64,000 nt of DNA from Chrysomallon squamiferum (Eukaryota > Animalia > Mollusca). The position numbers and the translations under genes were made by a program. The notes below the pieces were generated by a model that was given only the letters and a program-made list of their open reading frames with translations, was not told the origin of the DNA and searched no databases. The stretch covers positions 15,252,001 to 15,316,000 of the forward strand of contig CM022669.1 in assembly GCA_012295275.1 (NCBI GenBank). Reading direction: 5' to 3'. Position 1 is the first letter of the stretch. The number at the start of each line of letters is the position of its first letter. This document shows, piece after piece, positions 1 through 14,300 of this stretch.

Positions 1-349
1 AGTTAAGGTTTTAAACTTCAAGATAAAGTTCATAATACCGAATTTCATGAATAACACAGCTAAGCATACAGATTTAAAGTCCAAGTGATTAGTGATTTAT
101 GATTAAGCTCGTAAGTGATAAATTAGTTATGTCATGGCTAAGTTCATGTATCTTGCCGTACATTTGTAACTAGATATCAGTTCTGAGACATGACAGGTCT
201 GTTCTTCTCAGCACACACTGGACTATTTTCCCGTTCAAGCCGATATCCGCTATAGTTTACCAATATCTGGATGTCGATAATATATTTTTATATTTTTGCT
301 AATCAACAAGAGTATCTTATTGTATTATTTCAATCGCTTATTGAGTATA

Positions 350-510
350 TATGTATGTGTATGATTGTATTTATTATGTATATGTGTGTGCGTGCGTATA
401 TACATGTATGCATGTATGTACGTATGTACGTATGTATGTATGTACGTATGTATGTATGTACGTATGTATGTATGTACGTACGTATGTATGTATGTATATA
501 TGAAAGTATG
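350..510. repeat. (ATGT)n/(ACGT)n tetranucleotide microsatellite
   Basis: Imperfect tandem TATG/TACG units read directly; explains ORFs 271..567 and 365..550. Confidence 0.9.
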
Positions 511-1199
511 TATCTGTATACATGTAAATGCTACCTTAAAAGAGTATTAATCCAAAAAAAAGTTTAGCGATGTCGTTAAGCCAATATTAATTCCTTCTTG
601 ATTTTAATGAGTTTAACTAGTGATATTTAACATATTAATGAAACCTTCAGCATTCGACTAAACTTTTCGATACGTTATTATGTATTTCACAGCAAAGATT
701 CAAACAACTGTAAATTTAAATAGGTTTTTAAAATCCTGGCTTTTTATAACACGTATTCATGACTTAAGAGCAAAACCGGCAGGTCATGAATAAGTAAACA
801 GTTATCTGACAAAACATATCAGAGTTTCGATGGAACAACAAAAGTTTCACGTGTCTGAAACATTCACCACAGTTAGATAAAACCAAATATGGTGAACACT
901 CTTAACAAATCGAGCGGAAAGTAGATAAGTTGAAAACGTTCAGTTGGGGTAAAATGTCAGTAGACATAAAACGATTAAAATTTGCAGTCCATTCAACACT
1001 GGCGTACTTACGTTAGTTTTGGACAGCGAGTTTTGAGAATAAAGGTGCCGCGAAATTCTCAGTAATTAATAGGTATTGTATGTGCGGGTAAAAACTGTGC
1101 ATATCTTCTTAACAGTTTTCACAGCAGTCTACATGTTCAGCATCTGTGTTAATGAAGACGTTTTCTTTACTGTATTTATTATAATTGCCACCAGTTAAA

Positions 1200-1650
1200 T
1201 TTGCTATATCTGGCTATAATCTTGTTATATCTTAATATATCTTGCTATGCATTGCAATATCTTCATATATCTTTATATATCTATCTTTATCTGATTATAC
1301 CTTGTTATATCTAGTTATATCTTATTTATATCTCTCTATATTGTGTTATAATTTTAGTATATCTTGTTATATCTTGGTATATCTTGGTATATCTCGCTAT
1401 ATCTTACTATATCTTGTTATATCTTACTATATCTCGCTATATTTTGTTATATCTTGGTACGTCTTGCTATACTGTTATACATGGCGATGTCTTTTTACAT
1501 CTTACAAATTCTCGTTACGTCTTGCTGTTTTTGCTGTTTCGCTATATTTTGCTTTATCTGATTATATCTTGTTTTGTTTTGCTATATCTTACTGCATAGT
1601 GCAATATCTTGTTATGTATTGTTATATGTTTCTACAGCTTGCATTATCTT
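1200..1650. repeat. Degenerate ~10-bp minisatellite (TATATCTTGT-like)
   Basis: Repeated TATATCTTG(T/C/G) units; explains the Y/I/L/S-rich ORFs at 1242-1691. Confidence 0.85.
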
Positions 1651-2838
1651 GCTGTAACGAAAACAAAATTATTAATGTGATTGTTAAATAAATGACTAGC
1701 GATAAAATTATCTTTCTTTTCACGCCAGGAATTAATTTCATTTTGACAGATACTGTTATATTGTTATATCCTTAATTTACTGAATGTATAATGAATTTTA
1801 TCCACACAAATCAAAATACATATGTTCATTCATCACAATATTTTATAGATCTGAATAAATTAAGAGAAATCTCTACCATATCAGTGTACAAGTAAAGAAA
1901 CAAAAATGAAAAAAAAATACTACTGAACATAATTCATTCATTACACTTCTGAGTGTATCGAAAATAAGGTTAATAACCTCTGTTAACCTTAATATTTAGG
2001 ACAATTAATTGATAAAAAAAAAAATAAAAAATAAAAATAAAAACATTAAATAATGTTCATTACGCAAAATAAGGCATCAAATTTCCAATACATAAAATAT
2101 TTTGTGAAAACATTATAGGTTGTTTGGTCATCATTTGCGTTATGTTTAGTTTCTAAAAATGTCAGTGGTGTTTACAATAAATAAAACTATAACAACACAT
2201 TTTACCTAACCGAATGAAGCATCGCTCGCGACCTGCTTTTAATAAGCTTGAATAGAGCATAAAATATTTCAAAAAATTACTTGGATCGTTTGTAATATAA
2301 TACGTGTTTGCAGGATTGTTCACTGACTAATACTTTCACGGTTTCACTACGTTTATTCGATATCTTTATACAAATATTTAGCACAAAAAAAATGTAATGT
2401 GCATACTTTTTATTTTATTGCCTCTAATCAAAAGCTATAATGTAACGTAAAGCTTATTTTTAGAGATCGATGCATGGTAACTTACGGAGCTAATTTTCGA
2501 CTGGCTAATTACACTAGTGATAAAAAAAAAAAATCAATGCCTGGAAGAAGCCATAATTCATCGAATCCGCTGACACGAATCGATCCATTATGCCTCGGGA
2601 TAGGGCCACTTCAAAGAGCAAATTATTTCCTATGAAATGGTTGCAGGGGACATTTAGAAAACAACCTTTGACTTTGTATTATTAAGACTGTCTAACATTT
2701 ATTTGTACTCGTTTCATTCTGAATAATAAAAAAAAAAAAAAGAGAGAAAGAAAAAGCCACTGAAGAGCCTGACAGAGGTGTTCGCTAAGCTTCAAATGTT
2801 AAACGGGATTAAGACGTTAATTGAATGTCTAGACTTCT

Positions 2839-3166
2839 ACAATTACATCAAATTAAAGTCTTCATTCAGCAGTTTAACATGGGATAAGTACTGGACTGGA
2901 CAACGAAATGACCATTCCGCGAAACTCTCTTTTAAACAGATGCCGTCTTCAATTGGTTTTAATATATTAGTTTTCAAAAAATTTGTCCTGAGCCCCGAGT
3001 CCATAATTACAGCAAATTAAAATCCCCAGTCAACAGTTTAATACAGTCGAAAGACTTTACTAGACAACGAAATGACCATTGTGTGAAACTTTCTTTTAAA
3101 CAGATGTTAACTTGAATTGGGTTTAATAAATTACTGTTCCCAAATGTGTGCTTAACTATTATATTA
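2839..3166. repeat. Tandem direct duplication, period ~164 bp
   Basis: AATTACA.CAAATTAAA...CAGTTTAA...GACAACGAAATGACCATT...GAAACT.TCTTTTAAACAGATG occurs at 2839 and again at 3003. Confidence 0.85.
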
Positions 3167-3256
3167 CACAGAATTCAAATCTTTAAACGTGACCTTAAAC
3201 TGCGTATCGGTCTAGACTTTAATTTATAACTGAATTAAAGATGGGTGGGGGTATGT

Positions 3257-3371
<115 letters not shown>

Positions 3372-4782
3372 AGCTAAGTTATTTAAATTATACTCTTTTT
3401 TTTTAAGACGAGCGTTAGTAAAATGTATACGTGTTTATGTATGTGTGTGTGTGTGTATGTACGTATGTAGATAGGTATTTAGGTATATGTGTTTAAGTAT
3501 GTGTTTGTATATAAATTATATATACGTACACAAACGTACACATACAACACAGATATATTATATACACACAGAGTAATAATATTATTATCATGTACCGGAC
3601 ATCAATAGACCACTTTCGTCAACGAAAAAAGAAAAGAAAGAAAAAAGTGTACATTAAACGCACTTTCCTCATACGACATACACTAAAGGCAAACAACAAA
3701 ACGCAGTTCTGTTCAGGTGAATAGTCGTGTCAGTTTATGATTTCTCATGCACGTCAGTGTATCCAGGTGAACAATTAATCCACCGTATTTACTCAGTTAA
3801 CACCCGCGTTATCAGCGTATGTGAATCACTGTCCTTACTCCCAGCAAACACAGACACTTCGCCGTCTCATTCAGTGACAGATGTCATCAACAGTTACAAA
3901 CATCTGCCGCTGACAAAAGCACGACTGTATTACCCAACAGACTAACATCCTCGCCTAATGACCACGTTGTCCTCGTTTCTCAAATCATTTACTTATTTTC
4001 GCAGCGGGAAAAAATCGCCTTTTTTTTTTTTTTTTTTTGCGGTAAACGGGACGACGGGGAAATTTAGCTTTGTTAATCAAACAACGGTCGTCGTTCTGTC
4101 CAGGTCTTTGTTCGCTGACCACGCTCTGTGCATTGTCCGTGGCATAATTGCGGCTGCCTGGGAACAATGAAAAACAAATTCATAATCACACCTTGAACTA
4201 AAAGACGAGCGGAGTCTCTTGTAATGGTTGGTTATGGGGAAAAAGTGCGGAGTCGCCGAGCTGTTGGTGTTTTGGCAGGAAATTGCGGGCGTTATGACTA
4301 TCGACCAAAACTTCGCGTCGTTCATTACCAGTGAAATATAATCTTGTTTCTCGATTACTCGTTTTGACAATAGGTTGTTACCTTCGAGGTGTATTGACTG
4401 AGAAATTATTTCACAGCTTTTTAACACACAACAAAAATAAAAATAAATAAAAACGATTAGAATAATGCGCGAATGCATAATATTTACAGACTAATAATGC
4501 TGTGCATGATGTAATGGTTAGGATATCTGTGTTGCAAGTATTTGTAGTGGGTTTTTTTTAAAAACACAATGGATGCATTATTAGAATTCAGAAAAGTATT
4601 ATTGTGTTCACACAAATGAGAAAAACGAGGTCACTCTGGCCGTGCTTGGATCTGTGACAAATATAAACAGTTGAATAATGTAGATTATTGCTTTTTGAAT
4701 GTGTGCGTGCGTGTGTGTGTATGTGTGTTGATGTGTTTGTACGTACGTATGATTGTATGTATATAATTTATATGTGAAGGTG

Positions 4783-4845
4783 TTCCTGTTAGGCTATTTC
4801 CCATTCCAACTAGTGCCCTACGATTGGATTTCTAAAGTCCATAGA
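4783..4845 (+). mobile_element. Possible SINE core fragment
   Basis: GGCTATTTCCCATTCCAACTAGTGCCCTACGATTGG resembles, from memory only, the core of a gastropod tRNA-derived SINE; not verified. Confidence 0.25.
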
Positions 4846-5799
4846 TATGTATATATATATATTTGTTATCTACGTAGTATTGCAATATACGTTATAAAAT
4901 GTTTATAACGTTGTTCCGTTCTATATCTTTTCAATGATTCAAGCAACGATATTTCTGACTGAGATTATTTCTTTAAAACAACAGATACCTCTGAGCATTA
5001 TTATTTATTATTAATTCCACTATCACTCGTGCAGTGGGGAAAAAAGTGCTATTTATATACCCACGTGCATACTTACCGCGATTCTTTAATATTCTAATTG
5101 TTGTTCGGGTTTATTCTTCTCTTTTTTTTATTATTATTATTATTTTTTTTTTTTTTTATGTTCGGTATAAAATAGACTATATTTTGTTATTCAGTAAAAA
5201 ATTCATATATATATATATATATATATATTATTTTCATTGTTGTTGTTCTCGTTTGAAAATTTATGACCGTCACTGTCATTGTTAATTTCTATTCAGTTCA
5301 AAAATGTGTATGCTACGCGTTATTTAACCATTCCCAGGCTTAGCGCTGACCATAAAAAGGTGTGAAACAGCCGAAGCATTAAAGTATTAATCCCAAGGGA
5401 AATATTGATGATTAACAAGTGCACGTATGCATAACGGTAAAGTCATCATATATTTATGCTATCGTATACACCTGTTATGAATACCGTTACGTAATACATA
5501 CTTATTAATGTCGTTATGCCGTGTACACTTGTTAATAATGTATTATAATACACAAACGTATTAATTCAAAATTTTGTTTAAGTATTTCGATTAAGTAAAA
5601 AAAAACATGAATATTTTAGTTGTTTAGTGCTAAATGTGTGTTGTTATTTTTATTTCGGTTCTGTTTCATTATTTCTGTATTTTATTATAACCCAGAGAAT
5701 GATTAGAATCTGCTAAAACCTTTTCTCACGTAAAAAATAGTTTTATCATAATCATCAGTACCGTCATTATCATTTTATCATTTTCGTAATCTTGCAATA

Positions 5800-5955
5800 T
5801 TTATTATTATCATCATTACAGTTATTATTATTATTATTATTATTTTTAATATTATTAATTTTATTATTAATAATATTATTATTATTATTATTTTTAATAT
5901 TATTATTATTATTTTTAATATTATTATTATTATTTTTATTATTATTTTTATTTTA

Positions 5956-6009
<54 letters not shown>

Positions 6010-6065
6010 TTTAATATTATTATTATTATTATTTTTAATATTATTATTATTATTATTATTTTATT
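5800..6065. repeat. (TTA)n microsatellite with higher-order TTTTTAATA interruptions
   Basis: Read directly; source of the poly-Leu ORF 5792..6067. Confidence 0.95.
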
Positions 6066-6863
6066 AACGGTAACATTTCTGAATAATTACTTGACGATAT
6101 TAATTAGGAAAACGACTGTACTGCTGCTATAAACAAAAGGTTTTCTCTAACACAGAAGTCAGCTAACAACAACACAACTAATATGCTCTGGAAACGTGGA
6201 AAGTAAGTTAACGACAGTTAACATGTGGACTTCGTAGTTAGGAAGGAAATGAAGATGAACGTTTACGTCGTAAGAAAAACAGGTTTATATTTTCACCTCT
6301 GATCAAAACTGAATAAGAAATGTATGTTGATTTATTACGATGACAACAAGCAACTATGTACAGCAGAAAGGTATAATAATAAGAAGAAGAATAAGAAGAA
6401 GAAGAAGAAGAAGAAGGAGAGGAAGAAGAAGAAGAAATAAAAACAGAAAAATAAAAATAAAATCAAAACTATTTAAAAGAAATACGTAAAAATAAAATTA
6501 AAATAAAAATATTGAAAAGTGATACACAAAAAGAAGAAAAAAAAAACAAAAAAAAAACGACAGAAATATTTCTTTTCCATGATTTCTTATTTACAAAATT
6601 TACACCTCTTAAAAAATCAGTTCTGAAACGGAAATGTGAACGTACTTCGTTAGTTAAAGGAATTTATTTCGTAATAAACCAGCTCATTAATAAACTATAA
6701 AACACCTGTATTAAAGATAAAACGTCCCGTTCAGAGTCATAAATTCAAAAAAAAAAAAATAATAAAAACATTCTCTGTCACGATGATAATTATGGTAATG
6801 ATGAAAATAATTATATGACGATGATGATGAAATAATAATTATGATGACGAAGATGATGACAAT

Positions 6864-6967
<104 letters not shown>

Positions 6968-7431
6968 TTAATATATTCAGTGATTTATTTATTTATATCA
7001 GTTAGGGTTTAGTTTCATTGCTTATCTTGATATAATTATTAGTATCAAAAATAAATATACGCTATCATCTAATTATTTATATAGTTAAGAAATTTATCAT
7101 TTTTATACGTCATCTTCACATTTATTTCAGAATTACGCATTACTGTAGTCGCCGTTCAACACAACGTCTGACTTTCACGTTCAAATGTTTAATTTATCTC
7201 ATGAAGGTAAATGGAAAAGGCTGATAATCCTTAATTCAATATGCGGATTAAGTGCCCGATGACAGAATAATCCTTTATATTGTACAGATATCTTTACCTA
7301 TGACATTTAATCAAATACTTAATCAGAGGTATACAAAATAAATAGTTATAGCGAAATGACCCTTATCATGTATCTCTGAGCCTAGGCTACTCTCTTGAAC
7401 CCCTTCGTAAAGCACAAAATATACATTTAAA

Positions 7432-7447
7432 AATAATAATAGTAATA

Positions 7448-7483
<36 letters not shown>

Positions 7484-7549
7484 GTAATAATAGTAATAAT
7501 GGTAATAATACTAATAATAGTAATAATAGTAATAATAATAGTAATAATA

Positions 7550-7580
<31 letters not shown>

Positions 7581-7636
7581 TAGTAATAATAGTAATAATG
7601 GTAATAATACTAATAATAGTAATAATAGTAATAATA

Positions 7637-7681
<45 letters not shown>
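7432..7681. repeat. (AAT/AGT)n trinucleotide microsatellite
   Basis: Read directly; the internal AATGGTAATAATACTAAT block occurs twice. Confidence 0.95.
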
Positions 7682-7684
<3 letters not shown>

Positions 7685-8392
7685 CTAAATAAAATAAAAT
7701 AAACCTAAATATAATTTCATCGTACTGAGTCACGAACAAATGTCAACTTTCAAACACAAACAAAATCTACAAAAAAAAAAAAAAAAAAAAAAAAAAATTT
7801 AAATCACCTAAAACGTCGAAGTTGTTATTTGAAACCGACTTCATTTCTTTAGCCAACATGGGAATCCTTTCTCCTTTCTTGTCATTAACAGAAGAAATAG
7901 TAACATGATAGCTTTTTAAACTTGACTGACTACCTTTCACCTTCCTGACACCAAATCCATTAGATTTGCTTATGTCACAGTCACAAGATTCAGTGGCACT
8001 GAAGTGTGTGTCTCGTATGGTTTATATCTATGTGTCTATATAATATTGTTTCCTAAAGTTACATAAAGGAGTAGGTATCTGTTTCAGTAGCAACACCGAA
8101 GATGTGAAACCATCGTGCAGCTATTTTTGTTCTTCTAAAATTATTACCAAAGTAATTTCTTTAACTAATGAAGTAACTTTAGATTTCCGTTTCCGTATAT
8201 ATATGTATATATATTCTGCCCGTCTATGCCAATCTGAATTGAAAATATAAATAGTCCTGTAGGCATTGTCAAAGAACGGACAAATATGCTGATGATAAAA
8301 CACACAAAAATGGCGAAGTTAATAATGTTTATTGGGTCAACAAAAGTTAGCATTCCATATAATCTTGAATTAAAATAGAAAGAAAGCTGGGT

Positions 8393-8610
8393 ATACATAC
8401 ATACAAACATACATACATACAGACATACAAATATACATACAAACAAACATACATACATAATACATACATACATACATACATACATACATACATACATACA
8501 TACATACATACATACATACATACATACATACATACATGCAGACATTCATGCATACCTACATACGCACATACATACATGCATACATACAAACATATACATA
8601 CATACATATA
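8393..8610. repeat. (ACAT)n microsatellite
   Basis: Read directly. Confidence 0.95.
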
Positions 8611-8960
8611 TATTCAGTTGCTAATAATTTCAGAAGAATGAAGCGACTATTCGATGGTGGCAGCAGTAGTAGACGTAGTAACAGTAGTAGTAATAACAGC
8701 AGCAGTAGCAGGGGTAGTAGTAGCATTAGCGGCAGTAATAACAGACACAGTAGCTGCAGCAGAAGCAGTAGTGGTAGCAAAAAATACACACAGATATTCA
8801 TTATTATTATTACAGTCATTGCTGTTGTTGTTGTGGTTGTTTATGAAGTATAAACTATTTGATTATTAACGATAATTTCAAGCCTCTTCATCCGGTGCGT
8901 TTCTCATTAAGAGCAATTAGTTCACGTTCTGCATACATGTCCAGCGACTGCTCGCGGAAC

Positions 8961-9030
8961 GTAGTGCCTACGTGTCACCCTCGTCGTGCCTACGTGTCAC
9001 CCTTGTCGTGCCTACGTGTCACCCTTGTCG
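8961..9030. repeat. 3 x 22-bp tandem repeat GTGCCTACGTGTCACCCTYGTC
   Basis: Units start at 8964, 8986 and 9008. Confidence 0.95.
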
Positions 9031-10301
9031 CTCGGACTCCGAAACCAAACAACATTTCACTCCACGCTCGCCCTCACGCTGTACTACTTGGGAAAGCGTT
9101 TATTTATTTTAAGAACTGAAGTACGAACATGAAATGACATTCGAAGTGTCTTTCGGGAGCGGGCCATCTGCTATACTCTGCTGATTTTTCCAACGAGTTT
9201 GTCAAATCCGCTGCCAGATGGCGTGAACCGAGTCTACGAGATGTTTCAGCGTTGTTGTTTTTCGACGTCTGCCGTTTTTCCTTGGTCGATTGAACTCACA
9301 GTGTTTGTGGTTAAGCCTGTGTGACTGGTGATAAACGGGTTGCTGGTTCCAGTATCAGGGGGAGCTTGGCCTAAACCGAGACTAAGAACTGATTTCTGTT
9401 GATTCGTGCTCTCGCTAACATACTAACTCAGTAACATTTTAACCCGTGTTAACTGGTTAATTTAAATCAATAAAAAAAATTGTGATGGATCCGTTAGACT
9501 TAAAAAAATATATTACTGGGACATTATGCATCTCTATTCCAATCGCTTGAATTAAAATAAACATTAAAAACAGTTCCGGCAGCCATTATTAAAGAACAGA
9601 CAAGCATACTGATGATAAAATACAGCAAAACTTGACAAAGTAAACAATATTTATTAGGTCAACAAACATTCCACAAACCCTTGAATTAAGCCAGAAACAA
9701 AATCTGATTTTTATCAGCAAACAGTCAATGTCCCTCGCGTTTGATTGGTTTTCTATGTATTTTTAATCGCAAACTCGACTCGCTTATAATCTCCGAATGT
9801 AGTTAAAATCGGGGTGACAAAAGGTTGAGAGTACGAATGAAATTTCTCCCATAACATTCACGACAAAGCCAATTAGCCGAAAACGCGTAGAACTTCAGAA
9901 ATGCATTCTGAGTGTATGGTTGTCGTTTTGACGATATAATTATTTAGCTTGGTTGGTGGGTTGTGCTAATAATATTTGCTTATGCAATGTTTACTGAGCT
10001 AAAGTGAATTAAGCACCTCTGATATTTGATAGCAGTGGTTTCGGTGAGCTTTGTTCTTTTTCAACAAAAATGTTGTTTTTTTTTGAAGGCGTGTTTAGTT
10101 TAATTACTCACAGAAAATTTACAGTGTCGTAAGTTACATCGATAAAAGCGTTACTAATGCTGAATCGTGAATAGTTCATTGTATATTTTAACAGATACTT
10201 TTAAGGATAATTGCTGTTATATTGTTTAAAGAACAAAAAAAAAAAAAAAAAAAAATCAACAGCAGGTGGATTTAATAATGAAATACAACTGAAAATAATA
10301 T

Positions 10302-10389
<88 letters not shown>

Positions 10390-11098
10390 GAATGTATGTA
10401 TACGTGTCATAGTCAGCAAAAGGAAAGTTAAAATAAATGTTAAAAATACGAAAATACACCTCCGAGACAACGGAAATGAACGATAATTTGTCCTGACTTT
10501 CAAACTCGAGGATGGTTGGTTGGTGCCTAAAACCGGATAATAAGAACATTTCGCTGAGAACATCTCAAATCAATGGTTCGTAACAGACCGACTGGTTTTG
10601 ACTACGTCTCCTTAATTAGTCACGTGATTACGCAGCAGAGATAAACGGGACATAACAGTTGCCTCTGGTCATCGATTCCACGACACCTATTTTTACGTAG
10701 TTTCTTAAGGCGCTTTCACACTCTGTCACTTTCTGTTGAAGTTCTGTGACCAAGGTTAATGAACGGGCGTGATTAGGAACTGTCAGAGGTTTTTCTCTTC
10801 TTCTTCTTCTTCTTCTTTTTGATCCGCCGTGTTGTCTTAAAGCAATCAGCCTTAAGATATAAGCTGATAGTGATAATGGTCGTAGTACGGACTGAACTAA
10901 TAAGTACAGGTTTTGTTTTTATCCTTCGTAATATTCTAACATACTAACAAAATATTACGTTGCACAGTCACCCCGACCCAAAATTAAAAAAGAGATAGAC
11001 TGTGTATTAAAGAAAAATGTGGATCAATGCGTTTGTACTCGCTAACATATTAAAATGCACACAGTGCATGAACACATAAAAAAAGTTAAAATAGAATA

Positions 11099-11162
<64 letters not shown>

Positions 11163-11437
11163 GAAAGAAAGAAAAAAAATAATAATAAGAAAAAACACGA
11201 AAAAAACAAACAAAAATAAATAGGAAAAAAAACAACAACGTAAAAGCTGTTTATAACAGCGACGTTAAAATAATGCAGTCAGGTGTTTCTAATACATCCG
11301 TAAATATGGCTAATGGAGGCATTGTGCATTTTCCATTACATTAGTGAACTAAAAACTCCGATAACATAAATCTATAACTGATGTTACAAGTACAAAATAG
11401 TTAGTGAAATGTTTTTTTTAAATTTGAGTGTGTGCAT

Positions 11438-11473
<36 letters not shown>

Positions 11474-12634
11474 ATGACTCTGCGTTTTCAGTCTACATGT
11501 ATGTGACGCTATGTATGTGAATGTTTATATATCTGTATGTATGTATATGTTATATTTGTATGTATGATGTATATTCGTACGTACGTATGAATGTATGTAT
11601 CTATTTTGTATGTTTATACCTATGTACGTATGTATGTATTTATGTTTGTTTATATTATGTATTATGTATTAAAGTATATATATGCATGAATACGGGTTAC
11701 TATGAAAATAGTCCTTTATCAGTACATTATTTTTCTTACAAGAATATCCTCCAATGCTTGTAATAAAGAAGACGCCTACATAACTTACAACGCCTTCAAC
11801 CACTTCACCCACTGATAAATAAAACAAACAAAAAAAAACAAAAACAAAAAAAAAGAGAAAAAAAAAAAGGATAAAAAAAATTAAAATATTCGTCAACGGA
11901 TTTACACTGGACGTGAAAAAAGGCACAGTTCATACGAGTATATTTCGCTGCAAAAGGAAGACAAGTATAAGCTTCTTTTTTTAGACGACAATCAGTTTAT
12001 TAAACTCGCTTGACGGTACATAAAGAGGATTTCCCCAAACAGCGGACTAATCGAGTGCAAACAGCACAACGCAATTTACACGCATACAGGAACAGTCACC
12101 AAGTGACACGTTGAAAGATTGTCTCCGCAAAATGACGATTTTCAGTTCGAGCGACAAACGAAACCTGGAAAAGCGACAACGCCGACACGACACGAGAGGA
12201 GAGGGTAAGATTTCCATCTCTCGTTCTCTCCGGGCAACGTCTGAGAGAGAGAGATCGATTTTTAAATGAAATGTAATATCTTCTGATGGTTCGGTATTTG
12301 TCTTATCAAAACTTCGTCAATTGTTGAAGGGCTGTGGAGTTTTATGTACGTTTTATCTCGGCTGACAAAAGCGTGGCAGTGTTGGCACTTTCCTGCCATT
12401 TCGGAGCTTTTCAGAGATGAGGGCCATAAAAAAAAAAAAAAAAGAGTTGAGTGGTTACAAAGCTCCTGAAAAACAATAAATTATTTTTATCTCTCGCTTC
12501 CTAACTACAGTGGTATCTCTCTATTTCTCCATCCCTCTTTCATTTATCTTCTGTTTTTCTTCTGTCTTAATCCCTTGTATATCTGTTTTTCCTGTTAGAC
12601 TTTTCTCTGTCTTTCTGTACATTTCTTTATCTCC

Positions 12635-12918
<284 letters not shown>

Positions 12919-13240
12919 GGTTTTAGATGTTAGATTACAACTTCCATTCCGTATTACGTCCCACTTTCGCTAAAGGTATACATGACACTTAAACATTGAA
13001 ACCAATAAAAAGAATAAATGGTTTTGATTTCCACTGCCTTTTGCAGACAATTCAAATATATATATATAGATATATGGATATAGATAGAACGATACCACAT
13101 TCTTTCGTAGACATGTCACTCTGTCTACTAAAGAAAATATTACAATGCAATGAAAAAATTATTGCTATTGTGAACCACGCATGAAGCCACTGTACACATT
13201 CAAAAAAAAACGCACAAAAATACAGATACATATACAACAG

Positions 13241-13271
<31 letters not shown>

Positions 13272-13985
13272 TTTGTTTGTTTGTTTATTTATTTTTTTAT
13301 TATGAACAAAACCTTTCTCATAATTTACCGTCTCCGTTTTATTCCGGTCAAGAAATCGTCGTACACGAACGAATAATATAATATTAATGGTCTGTGTGAA
13401 TAGAGTTAATGCAGATACAAACCACTTCACTGTGAAAAAGCATTCTAGCGTTAGACAGGTAAGCTCGGGAGATAGGTTTCTAGTGCTTGGTATTTGCCCA
13501 GTCATTCAGCGACATAAACAATGAGAAACGAAGATAAATAGAGTCGACAGTGCTAATACATAAATTATGCGTTGTTTACACATAGAAAAGTGCGCAAACA
13601 CAGAACTTAGCTATTTTTAAGCCAAGAAGGGCCATCGGTTTATTAATAGTAACAGGTTATGTAACGTAATTTTTATTTCTTTTATATAATAATGTTACCA
13701 TTTATTCTAGGGGAAAAAAAAAAACAACAACTTTGTCATGTAGGCAAAATGATATAAAGCAGCACATTGCAACAACACCGATAAAAACAAAGCAACAACA
13801 ACAATAATAATAAACGCAAAAGTATTCATCAACATGTATCGCTCTATTCCATTACCACTTGTATACATCAATAGCTGTCATTACATTTCAGTAGTACAAG
13901 CAAAGCAATCATCATTCTCGTTCACTAAAACACTCATAATCAACATTTACTACTCTATTTCAAATGAATACACTGATAACAGTGC

Positions 13986-14300
13986 ATTTCACTAGCGTAC
14001 ACAGATATGAACAGTTACCATTTCACTTGCGTAACAGGTATCAACAGTAATCATTACATTTCACTAACATATACAGACATCAACAGTTATCATTACATTT
14101 CACTAACGTACCCAAACATCAACAGTTATCATTACATTTCACTAACGTACCCAAACATCAACAGTTATCATTACATTTCACTAACCCAAACATCAACAGT
14201 TATCATTACATTTCACTAACGTACACAAACATCAACAGTTATCATTACATTTCACTAACGTAGACAAACATCAACAGTTATCGTTATATTTCAGTAGCGC
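13986..14300. repeat. 39-bp minisatellite (CATCAACAGTTATCATTACATTTCACTAACGTACCCAAA), ~8 copies
   Basis: Head-to-tail units with one 35-bp variant; degenerate copies extend back to ~13830. Confidence 0.93.

Larger units (their letters stand above)
8210..9700 (+). repeat. Two diverged direct copies (~170 bp) at ~8210-8385 and ~9520-9700
   Basis: Shared blocks CTAT.CCAATC..TGAATT, AAAGAAC.GACAA..AT.CTGATGATAAAA, TTTATT.GGTCAACAAA, CATTCCA...CTTGAATTAA. Confidence 0.8.

Noticed and set aside
13986-14300. 39-bp array as a CRISPR array or repeat-protein exon
   Set aside because: Units are head-to-tail with no unique spacers, there are no cas genes, the context is eukaryotic, and a 35-bp unit breaks the frame.
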